This document shows, piece after piece, positions 50,280 through 61,882 of a stretch of DNA of 64,000 nt. The translations under genes and the position numbers were made by a program. Origin of the DNA: Chiloscyllium plagiosum (lineage: Eukaryota); assembly GCF_004010195.1 (NCBI RefSeq), contig NC_057751.1, positions 18,011,325-18,075,324 of the forward strand, written 5' to 3'. The notes beneath the pieces were generated by a model. That model made no database searches. It was not told the DNA's origin and was given only the letters and a program-made list of their open reading frames with translations. Positions within the stretch are counted from its first letter, which is position 1; every line of letters begins with the position of its first letter.

Positions 50280-53210
50280 AGTCTCAGAGTCATACAGTCA
50301 TACCACAGGAAAAGGACACGTCGGTCCAACCTTGCAATGCCGAGAATGCTCCCAATCTAAATGTGTCTCACCTCCCTGCTCTTGGCCAATATCCCTCCAA
50401 ATATTTCTTTTTCGTGTATTTAACTGTAACCTCCCGGACACAGTGTTACTGATGATGTGTCATTAATATCTTGTATATCCTCGACATGGCATTCCAACTT
50501 TTGTTCTCAAGAGTTTGAGTAATGTGAGAAAGCATGCTTTTAATGCCTTCTTAGCCACAGCATCCATGTGTGATGCAAATTTTGAATCATTTTATACCTG
50601 AACCACTGGGCGCAGCTGCTTGGCACCTCTGCCCAATACCCTACGTTTAATACCATAAGCCCTGTCTTTATTTGATTTTTTAACGGAATTCATTTATTCA
50701 AATTAAACTCTATTTACCACTATTCAGCCAATCGACTCATTTGGTCAAAATCTCTTTGTAATCTGAGATAACATTCTTCACTTAACACTGTTCAGAAATC
50801 TTTATGTCATCCGCAAACTTACTAAACATGCTTTCTTTGTTATTATCTAAATAGTCTATAGTCCAACATATTGCCCCGAAAAGTCTTTTTTCTCATCTCT
50901 ACGATCATTGACATCAAGCAGAAAGCAGGAGAACAGAAGAGACGTGCATGAATGGAACTGGGATTGAGAGGGTTGTGACGGTCACCTTCCTGGAGTGACA
51001 ACAACTGAAAAACTGACCTGGACATCTCAAGTTGATGCGACATTAAAGAAAGTACAGCAGCGCCTCTCCTTATTAGTCAGGCAAACACAGGTGACGTGCA
51101 TAATGGAGCTGAGATCGAAAGTGTGGAGACCACGATGTTCCTGGAATGACAATAACCGACAAACTGTCCTTGACTTCCCACGTTGATACGACATTCAAGA
51201 AAGTGCAACAACGCCTCTCCTTCCTCAGGCGACTAAGAAATTTTGGCATGTTCGAAAAGAATCTCAGCAACTTTTATTGAGGCGCAATTTAAAATTGCTG
51301 TGCACAGGACGGTAAGAAAGTACACAGATTTGCGTACACAACCATCATGGAAACCAACCTTCCACCTTTGGACTCATTTTACACTTCTCGCAACCGTGGA
51401 AAGGCTACCAACATCAGCAACGGGATTTCTCATCCCGGGAATGCTGTTTTGCAACCTCTTTTTTCAGACAGAGATACAGACGCTCGAACACACATACAAA
51501 TACCTTCAAGAACAGTTACTTCGTTGTCGTTATCACAATGACGAGTGTACTCAATAATGACAAATAATGTTGACCATATTAATGTTGATTTTCATTCATG
51601 CACCTCCAGTGTTACCTGTGTGCATCACTCTGTCTAAACCGCCTAAAATCTGTAGATATGTGCTTACTATGATCTATCTGTAAGGCACAAAATCAAAAGT
51701 TTTCACTATACTTAAGTACACATGATGACAAATCAAATCAAATCAGCCATGCATATGAATGACAATAAATAGTATACTCAGCACTGAACCATCTGGATAA
51801 CCCCTTGTCACAGGTCTCCAGCCCATAAAACCAGCTTCCACAATCACTCCCTGTCTACTGTTGTTAAGCCAATTTTGTATGCAACTGGCAAGCTAATTTC
51901 ACAATCCCATGTGATCTCACTTTTCGAATTAGTCTAACCAGTGCAAACTCGTAAAAAGGCTTTGCTAAAGTCCAAGTAAACAATTTCTATTGCTATGAAC
52001 TCGTCAATCACCTTGGTTACTTCATCAAAAAACTCAATCAAGTTAGTGAAATATGACTTTCCTCACGCAAACCCATGCTGACGATCCCCAATCATCCCTT
52101 GATTGTCCAAATGCATGTGAATTCTATCTTTCAGAATCATCTCTAACAACGTAACCATCACTGCATTCAGACTCACTGGTCCCCCCTACCGTCTCACATG
52201 TTCTTGGGATATGCTAGATCCAGTATTGGAGATTTATCTACCCTATGTTTTCTGAGACATTCCGCACTTCCTCTTCTGTAACGTTTTCAAATTATCAATA
52301 TTTATCTCCTTGAGCTCTTTAGCCTCCATTTCTTTCTCCACGGTTAGACATTTAACGACTTTTAACTTTTAGGGGCCCTACTATCGCTGTAGTTGTTGAC
52401 TTGCTATTAATGTACTTGTCGAATCTCTTTGGATTATCCGTTCATTTGGCAAGGGTGTCTCGTTTCCCGTCTTTGCCGTACTCAACTCCCTCGTGCGAAT
52501 GCCCCTCAATTGTTTATGCTGTTCAAGAACTCCATTTGAATCCAGTTGTGTATAAATAATATATATACATATTATCAGAACCGCAATGTGTTTATTTGTT
52601 TAAGTTTCTTGAAGCCTACCAGCCTTACCTTTTACTGTAACAGTATCATAATGACACAAGTCTCTCGTCCTTCCACATTTGAAACGTTTTCTTTTCAGAC
52701 GTCCTTTTATTTGCGAACAGTCTGCTCTGAATAATTTTATGAACTTCTTGTCTCATTTCGTTGGATTTTGCCTTTGTCCAACTAAAATCTGTGTTCTTTT
52801 ATGGAAGGCTTATGATTTTCGATAATATTTTAAAACAAACAAAAATGAGATCACTCGGTCAAAAGTGTTCTGCTCACATTGCTTTAGACAGTTGTTCTCT
52901 CTTATTGCCCAAGAGAAGGTCAAGATTTGCTCCTTCTCTGCTACAAAACCTTGCATTTTCGAGAAAGAACGTTTTCTTGCACACATTTAACAAATCGTTT
53001 AACACCCAAATGTTCAACGTGATGGTAGTCCTAGCCAATGTTTTGAAGACTAAAACCACCTACGATTACAGTCTTATTATTCTTATATATACCGGAGATC
53101 TCCCTACATGTGTGTTCCCCAATTTACCTCTGACTATTTGGAAGTCTATTTTATACTCCATTCAAGGTGGTCATTTTATTTCAATGTATAATGTAAAGGT
53201 AAAATAACTG
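50280..53210 (-). mobile_element. Long decayed CR1 LINE
   Basis: Tail agagtcatacagtcata; REGANLDLLLGNK; QHGFA*GKS..LTNLIEFFDEVTKVID. Confidence 0.85.
50890..51745 (+). mobile_element. Rex1/Babar-like LINE 3' fragment nested in CR1
   Basis: LTWTSQVDATLKKVQQRL, HVDTTFKKVQQRLSFLRRLRNFGM; (AATCA)n tail at 51731-51745. Confidence 0.75.
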
Positions 53211-53452
53211 TCCTGACGTCAATAAATGCTTAAGCAGTGTCACAATCACTCTCCCAACCTCAGCCGGAGTGGTCGGAGTGGTCGGAACATACAAAATAAT
53301 GACATATTTGGCCAAACACTGAACTGTATATCTATAGCCTTGCTCAGAATCTGACTCAGATTCTTCATTGCAATTTCGGCTTGTATTATTCAGAACGCAG
53401 GAATTTGTCAGAATTGATTAAAGTTAAAAAATGATTACATATAAGGTAGAAC

Positions 53453-53523
53453 GTGGTGCTGGAAAAACACAGCATGTGAGAAGAAGAAGAATCGACTTTT
53501 CGGGCATAAGCCCTTTATCAGGA
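53453..53523 (-). mobile_element. PLE-terminus element, internally deleted, degenerate hammerhead
   Basis: Minus strand CTGATAA-a-GGGC ttat GCCC-GAAAAGTC-gattc. Confidence 0.75.
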
Positions 53524-53639
53524 AACTTGTGCTTTGCTTAATGCTGAGTAGTTTGGCCAGTTGAATTCTATATCGAACACAGAAATTTACATTTATCTCT
53601 AACATAAGATGAAGACGTGTCTAGTCTACCTGCTTAAGA

Positions 53640-54130
53640 TACTTTGAGGGTGCCTGACCACGTCCATAAACGTGTCAGACATCCTAAGGGGCAATCTTTC
53701 ATGCAGAGGTTAATGCGTGTATGTAATGAACTACCAGAGGAAATAGTGGGGACTAGTACAATTGCAACATTTAGATGGCATATGGATGGGTATGTGAATA
53801 CGAATAGTTCAGAGGGATATGTGCCAATCACTGGCAAATGTGAGCAGATAATTGGGATATTTGGTCGGCATGTACGAGTTGAATCGAAAGACGTTTCCAT
53901 GCTGTACATCTCTATGACTCTTGGACTCTGTGTGCAGGTTCGATTAATTGGCCATGCTATTTCTTTTTCTTCGTGTTTAGGGATGCGTATGCTCAGATGC
54001 ATTATTGTGGGGAAATGTCGATTTATGGGGATGACACTGGTTCTGCGTGGGATAATGTTCGAAGGGTTGGTGTAGAACTGTTTGACATAAATGGAATCTT
54101 TCACATTGTGGGGATACGATGATTCTATGA
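53640..54130 (+). mobile_element. CR1 3' end followed by a decayed HE1 3' half
   Basis: gctgtacatctctatgactc tail near 53910, then tgtgcaggtt..aattggccatgcta. Confidence 0.75.
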
Positions 54131-54432
54131 AACAAAACCATCCACTGTGACTAATCTCTGTACAGCATTCTGTAAAACACGTTGAGTTCCTGTGGTTTCT
54201 GCTACTGTGAACAATTAATTGAAACCATAAGAAAAAAAATCATTGAACAGACATTTTAAAAATCATTTTAATATCGAATGGTAATATTTCGATTCAACAA
54301 ATAACGTTAGCCTTGGCGCAATCTCTTGCTCCAGTGATTAGTACTTAGTGTCATTTTGACATCCTCAGACAATGCTCCAGAAAACTGATATTATTCCAAG
54401 CAGAAACTATAACTACATTATTTTCCTTGCGG

Positions 54433-55330
54433 CTAATGTAGTAACAGTTGTGATCTTGATCCGGCAAAAATGTGGTTTCTCCAAATGTGTCACTCACTAC
54501 CTGATGGCCATGGCAATAGCAGATCTCCTGGTTATTTTCATTAACCTCATATTATGCCACATTCAGATTGTGTAAAAGGAAGAGCATCATTTCGTGGAAG
54601 GCATCCTTGTGTGTAATATCCACGCTGTTCTGCTTTGTGCAGCCACTGACTGTTCTGTGTTGTCCACCGTCACCTTCAACTTTGATCGATTTGTGGCCAT
54701 TTGCTGCCCAAATCTGGAAATTAAACATTGCAACATGAAAGCAACGTCTATGGTTCTCGGAATGGTACGGGGTAGAGCTGTTTGAAGCAAATGTTGTGGT
54801 ATTTTATATTCAAAGGGCAATATTACCCGCTGAACAGACCATGGTTTGGTTTCTGAAAATGAGATGTAAAGTTTTCTCCGGTGTGGGAGGCAATTGAAAA
54901 AGATCATTGCATACTAACAACGGGAGTTGCCTTTCTTCCTTTTCTGCTTTTCAATGTTTTGACTGTCAGAAACCTGATAGTGACTGGCAAAGACCGCAAA
55001 AGACTCCAGCATCAAAGTTATACGAAGGTCGCCAGGGACTTAGGATGAAGAGTCGAAGGAATTCCGTCATTTTATTGTTTCTTATCTCAGGGAATTTTGT
55101 ACTGTTCTGGTCAGTATCAACGATGTTTCCCATAAATTGGAGAATGGTATGTGTGGGATATCAATTCCATGATCTACCAGTTTCCGTAATGGAAATGGGA
55201 CACATGCTCTAGGTCCTCAGTTGCTGCACAAACACTGTAATTTATGTCATCTCACATCCCAAGTTCAGAGACCAGTTAAAGAATATGGTGAAGTATACCT
55301 TTTCTCGACTTGTCAAATTGATCAAATCAA
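54433..55330 (+). pseudogene. GPR139-like GPCR pseudogene copy 2
   Basis: NVVTVVILIRQKCGFSKCVTHYLMAMAIADLLV, ATDCSVLSTVTFNFDRFVAICCP, MKSRRNSVILLFLISGNFVLFW. Acceptor is GG rather than AG; stops at 54573 and 55210 plus frameshifts. Confidence 0.9.
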
Positions 55331-57736
55331 CTCTGCTTCTATTTCTATGAAATCTGCACTCTTGATGTCTGATTATCGGCACTTTTGAAACGATATTCTA
55401 CATCCAGCGCTTCAGATCTTTGAGTTTTGCGACTCTAAATTGCCTGTTCAACATTCTTTTCTGCAGAGCAGTTGGTTCCATTGTATCAATCATGAGGATA
55501 TTTGCTGAATCCAAACACGCGCATGTGTGTGTTTGTGTGTGTGTGTGTGCACGCGCACATCTTTCAGTCTGTCTGTGTATCGGTTGCACATTCTCTCCAT
55601 GTCTGTGTCTAAGTGTAAGATGGAGCATAAGGCAAGCTTCACTAACATGCTCACTACTCAAGAGTGATAACAAAATGATGAAATGTCGTCCAGTTTGAGA
55701 GCGATAAACATACAAATGAACCGAATCCATACACTTAAAAAGAAAACACGTGAGAGCATACTTTGTTATGGTGGACTGGTAAAGAAAGAGAAATACTAGC
55801 ATGGTAAATATGGTGAAGGAGCAGCGCCCCAGAAGTTAGTAGCTCCAAATAAACATGTTGGACTATAATCTGGTGTTGTGTGATTTTCGGCATGGTAAAT
55901 AAACTGTGATGCGCTCTAATCGTGACATTTCACAACTCTCAAAGAGCATACTGTTCACAAAGATACACTTGAATGAGATGGGAGCACTAATCTTTTAATT
56001 TAAGGATCATTAGAAAGTGGATGAAATTGGTCAATGCTGTGAAGCGGTCTCGTTAAGTTAGGTCTTTTTTTTCAAAATGCAATCGACGGTTTGTCGAAAA
56101 GGTGGGCGACAGCTGCACGGAAATGTAAAATAACAACAAGTGATTCACAAAGAAAATGAAAGGAACTTCGACAAGTTTTGATAAATAGATGACGATTGTG
56201 AAAGCAAATATTCATCCCTGATTGAATGGAACTCTGTAATTAAAACTGGGAGTTGATGAAAATGCTGTAGACGATCAACAAATACCATGCAGCTCTTTGT
56301 ACAGAGGAAAGCATTTTTAAAAAATGTACAAAAACAGAAATCAAGTACTAAATAGGGAGATTGGAGAAACGATTAGAAACAACCATCACCAGTGACGAGC
56401 ATGTACTGCAGTGAAAAGCTTGGAAGAGAGTTTTGTGAAAATGTGGGAAATTGGCAGCAGGTAATGATACCCTCTTGAACAGCCAATGGAAATACAATGT
56501 TGAAAAAGACGTCCATCTGCGCTGTATGAAGCCTGTGATTCCAGAATTTAAGAATCTTAGACTAAGTGACAGAAAATGTCGTGCATTTTGGGTTTAATTT
56601 TGCTAAACTCTTTTGTTCTGAGAAGGACCCAGTCGATCAGAGAAGCAGAATATCAGCTGTTAGAAATCTTACAAAAGGCTTGGTTTACAATGGTAAGTCC
56701 GGGCATTTAAGCACAAAGCCGTGATTTGCTCCCTTTGAACTATGTGAGAATCCAGGCTCATTTCCAGTTCCCAGTGAGCAGGAAAATACTCCAAGTGCAA
56801 AAATCTAATCTAATCTAATCTGATCTAATCTCCTGAAAGCTCGTATTTTGGAAATGGACTGGCCGCTCGTACACAGTGGAAGATCCACTGAGGGAATCAC
56901 GTCTGTCAAGTCACGTTTCTTCCTTCTTCTTTCCATTGTGAAAAGCCCAATTCACTCAACTTCTGTTCATACAACAAGCCCTCTGATCCAGGCAGCATCC
57001 TGGTAAATTCCCTCTGCACTCTCTCTACAGCATCTACATTATTCCCATAATGAGGCAAACAGAAGTGTGCACAATATTCTAAATGTGGTCCAAAAAACGT
57101 TTCACTGAGCTGCAGCAAAACCTCGCTGCTTTCCAACTCAACCTCCTGTTAATGAAAGCCTTCTGAACAAATTGGGTAGTAACGTTTACGGTTCTACGTT
57201 CGTGGATAGCAAGATCCCGCTGTACCGCCACACTTCCTTGAATGCTGTCTTTAAGAATGTTTTCAGCATTCAAATTCGACCTTCCTAAATGAATCAGTTC
57301 GCATTTATCCAGGTTCAACTCGAACTGTCTCTTCTCAGCCCAGCTCTGAATCCTGCCAATGTATTTTTGTAGCCTGCAACACTTCTTGTCACTATCTACA
57401 ACACCAACAACCTTTGTTCATCGGCAAACTTACTGACTCACACTTCCACTTCTTCATCCACGTCATTTATAAAAAGTAAAAAAATGCAGACGCCCAAGAA
57501 GGACACCACACATCACGACCAGCAGGCAGAATGCTTTCCATATACTACTACCTGTTGTATTCTTTTCGTCAGCCAATTTTTCAGCAGCAAGCCACATTCC
57601 CCTGCATCTCATATCTCCTAACGTTCTGAATGAGGATACGTGGGGAACCTTATCAAATACCTTATTGAAATCCATTTCCAACACTTCCACTGCTCGACCT
57701 TCGTTACATTCAAATAACTCAACAAGATTTGTGAGG

Positions 57737-57859
57737 AGAAAGTGAGGTCTGCAGACGCTGGAGATCAAAGCTGAAACTTTATTGCTGGAACAGCACAGCA
57801 GGTCAGGCAGCATCCAGGGAACAGAAGATTCGATGTTTCGGGCACATGCCCTTCTTCAG
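57737..57859 (-). mobile_element. Single-unit PLE-terminus element with hammerhead core and about 12-bp TSD
   Basis: Minus strand CTGAAGA-a-GGGC atgt GCCC-GAAACATC-gaatc..cactttct. AGATTTGTGAGG (57725) vs AGACTTGTGAGG (57858). Confidence 0.85.
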
Positions 57860-57873
57860 ACTTGTGAGGCATT

Positions 57874-58078
57874 TAGATTACTTACAGTGTGGAAACAGGC
57901 CTTTCGGCCCAACAAGTCCACACCGACCCGCCGAAGCGCAACCCACCCATACCCCTACATGTACTCCTTTTTACTAACACTACGGGCAATTTAGCATGGC
58001 CAATTCACCTGACCTGCACATCTTTGGACTGTGGGAGGAAACCGGAGCACCCGGAGGAAACCCACGCAGACACGGGGA
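57874..58078 (-). mobile_element. HE1-type V-SINE, 5'-truncated
   Basis: Close reverse complement of 11530-11730. Confidence 0.9.
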
Positions 58079-59524
58079 CCTGCCCCTCACAAAGCCATGC
58101 TGACTCTGTTTTAACAAACAATATTTTTTCCAAATTGTCATAAATCCGATCTCTCAGAATGCTTTCCAGTACCTTGCTTACCACAGACGTAAGAATGACT
58201 GTTCTGTAATACTCAACAGAGGAACAACATGCGCATCCTCCAATAATCCAGTTCTACTCCCATGGAGAGTGAAGATACAAATCTCAACCCAAAAAGAACA
58301 GTAAGCTCATTCCTCGCTTCCCATACTAACCTTGGACATTTGTGGGATTGATGTACTTGATGCTACCAAAACTTACAGCTTATCCATTTTCTAAACATCA
58401 ATCTTCCGAAGCATTTTGACTTGGTCCACGGGGTTCTTACATTCAAGAAGTTTTATTTTCATGTCAGTATTGAAGCAAAAATCATTTAGTGCCACCCTAC
58501 CTCGTCAGACTCTAGGCACAATTTCTCATCACGATCTGATCGGCCCAACCCTCACTCTAATTATTGTCTTATTCTACTGCTAAGTGTACAACACCTTTAG
58601 TTATCCGTAATCCTTCCTGTCAAGCCCCCTACTAGATCTCCTCATCCATTTTGAGTTATTTCATAACTACCCTGTATGCTCTAAAGTTGTGACAATTCTT
58701 TCCATCCTCAATCTTCAGTCAGCTTCCGTCTTCCTCTTCACGAGAAGCGCCTGTCCCTTGGCAGGCAAGCGTCATTCACCTTACACTCCTTGCCAGTCAC
58801 ACTGGGACAAAGTTATCCTACACTCGCAACAAGTGCTCCTTGAACGGCCTCCACATTTATGTTGTGCAATTCCCATAAATCAATTGTGCCATTTTTTTAT
58901 TTCAGAAATCCTGTCTAACAGCAGTATAGTTTCCCCTCCCTCATTAAATACCTTCCTAAACTGTCGGTTCCTATCCCTCTCCGTGGCTGTGATAAAGGCG
59001 AGGTAGCTTTGATCACTGTAACAGAATATCTCTCCCACCAAGAGATATGACACCTTGAACTGGCTCGTTTCCCGCACCAAATCCAATATGGCCTCCCCCC
59101 AGTTGGCCTCCCGACATATTGAATCAGCAATGCTTCCTCGACCACCCGACAAAATCAGTTCCATCCAGACCGTCTGCAAGAAGGAAATTCCAATGAATAT
59201 TGAGGAAGTTGAAGTCAACCATAACAACAAATCTGTTACAACTGCTCCTTTCCAAGATCTGCTGCCCAAACTGTTCTTCCACTTTTGTGTTGCTACTGTG
59301 CGGTCTATAGAAAAAAAATACACAACAAAGTGACTGTTCCTTTGCAGTTACTTACTTCCAATCATACCGACACAGTCGGCAAACCCTCCTTAACAATCTC
59401 CTTTACGGCAGCTGCGATGCACGCTCTAATAAACATTGGTACACCCCCTCCTCTTTTAGACCAATCCCTGTTCTATTGGAAATATCTAAACCATTGAACA
59501 TCTATCTCTCATTCCTGCCCCATA

Positions 59525-60745
59525 TCCTGAAGGGGAGGTGTTAGAAGACTTAAACGTTTTCGATAGAGAAATCCCACCACGCTTAGAAGGTTGTAGCCCC
59601 GGTTTTTGTCGGAGGCTAGGGAGGAAAGATTGGTGCCCTTTATGGAGATATTTGTATTATCAACAACCACCGGTGAAGTTTCCAAAGATTGGTGTGTGAA
59701 TAATGTTGTACTATTATTTTTGAACGCCTGTTGGGAAATGCGGAGAAACGACAGACCGTGAGCTAAACGACTATGTTGGATAAGTTGTTATAGGGTATTC
59801 TGAGAGGTTGGATTTGTAGGCATTCGAAGAGGTAAGCACTCATTTGGGACAATTTGCATGGTTTCGCGCTTTGGACGAATATATCGGAATGGTTTCGTAT
59901 CACCTAAGGTTAAATCTCACGAGATCTAGGGTGAGATAAGCAAATGGAGCTTGCCAAAATGGTTTGGACGATTGAAGACAGTGGATGGTGATAGATGGTT
60001 GTTTTCTGGACTGAAGGACAGGAACTAGCGGTCTGAGGCAGGGTTTGGTGCTGAGTCCATTGTTAGTCGTCATTCATATCAATGATTTGGATGAGAATTT
60101 AGGCGATATAGCTGTTAAGGTTTCAAAAGAAATCAAGATTGATAGTGTAGTGGACAGGGAAACGGTTATCTGGGATTGCAGCGTGATTTTGATCATCTGG
60201 GCCAGAGGATGCTGGAAAGACAAATAGAGTTAACTTAGATAAATGCAAACTGTTGGATTTTGATGTCAAAGTAGGGCAAGTTTCCACAGTCAATGGTAAG
60301 GCCCTGTGGAGAGTTATAGAACAAAGAGATCACGGTGTACAGGATCACATCTCCTCCAAAGTGGAGTAACAAATATGCACAAAACGTCGATTCTCCTACT
60401 TCTCTGATGTTGCCTGATCTGCGGTGCTTTCCCAGCACCACATTCTAGAGTTTCGTCTCCAGCATCTGCACTCCTCACTTATTCCTGTTAAAGAAGGCTT
60501 TCAGCATGCTTCGTTTCATTGTACAGAACATTAAGTATTGAAGTTTGGACGTCGCGCTGCAGCTGGTCAAGACATTGGTGAGGTCACGTTTGGAGGACAG
60601 TGTTCAATTCTGCTCGCAGTGTTATGGAAAGGGTATTATCAAACTGGAAAGAATGAAAAAGAAGGCGTTCGAACGTGAATGGACTGGAACATTTGAATTA
60701 AAAGGAATGTCTGCATTGGCGAATACATTTTTTCGTGTAGAGTAG
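59525..60745 (+). mobile_element. Decayed CR1 RT fragment containing a PLE-terminus piece (about 60378-60485, plus strand)
   Basis: VLSPLLVVIHINDLDEN and LVKTLVRSRLEDSVQF; insert aaacgtcgattctcct..ccagcatctgcactcctcactt. Confidence 0.8.
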
Positions 60746-61882
60746 GAGACAGTGTCTTCCTTCACGCCACCTTTACATCTTTTGCACATAAAATTTAATC
60801 AATTTCCTCACCTTCTTGTTCCTTTTACGATTGAGAAGAGCTTCTCACAATCATCTCTGTCCAGCCAGCTCACGAGTTTGAACACTTCGATTTGATCTTC
60901 CTCTCAGCTTTCTTCCATCCAAGGTGAACTGTGTAAACGGCTTCAGTCTATCCTCACGACAACAGTTTCCCATCCCGGAAACCGTTTTTGTAAATCCTCT
61001 CTGCATTCCGTCCAATGCATTCACATCTTACCTATAATGCCACACCCGCAAGTGCACACAATATCCTATAAGGTTTAATAAGAATCCTTTACAAGTTCAG
61101 CCTTACTTCCTTGCAATTGTCGTCTATGTCCTTATTAATTGAGCTGAGGACGCACTGTGTTTTATGAACTGCTCTCTCCATTTATCCTCGTACCTTTCAT
61201 TAATCCTCTCAGTTTCTGTTGACTCAGTTTGTTCAAAAGCAGAAACTCTGAAGGGGTGTTCTTATTCGCATTTATAATCCTCAATTTCTGTTTCTCTCCC
61301 ACATAATTCCTACATCGCTCCATCAACTCTCCATCCTCAATTTCTCTCTCAAATCCAAAGCCTCCAGCGGGTGCTGCAAATGTGTTCAGATTTCTAAAGA
61401 TAACACAATGCCAGATTTATTTTCTCTTTCTGAATATTGTCAGAAACAGGACGTGAATTTGCACTGCTCGTGTATTATGGCTGATATCCATTCAGAATAC
61501 ACTCTAATAATTTCCTTCAGCTATTCTATGTTCTCACATCGATTTACATTACCTCAAGTGTCTCTGACGTTTAAAAGAAACGTGTGCGTCTACTAATACA
61601 GCAATGAGAGAATGGGTAAGTCGAGTCATCGAGTGATACAACGTGGAAACAGACTGTTCAATAGAACTCGTCTGCCACGAAGTATCATAAATATGAACTC
61701 AAGCTATTTGGCAGTAACTGGTTCAAATATTTCTATCCTTCTTATTCATATAACATCCAGATATTTGTGAACTAGTGTAGATGTACCCACCTCCATCATT
61801 TCCTCTGGAAGCTCATTCCGTATATGCAGCACTGTCAGTGTGAAATAAATGCCGCTCAGGTCTCATTTTAATCTTTACCTTC

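Larger units (their letters stand above)
56905..59525 (-). mobile_element. Long decayed CR1 LINE with nested PLE-terminus and HE1 insertions
   Basis: FGPHLEYCAHF, MDFNKVFDKVPH, GEAILDLV. Confidence 0.85.

Noticed and set aside
53265..53286. CGGAGTGGT repeated about 2.5 times
   Set aside because: Too short; ordinary slippage.
511..60485. CRISPR-like or REP-like reading of the recurring palindromic motif
   Set aside because: Copies are dispersed with no spacers or cas genes, and the context is vertebrate.
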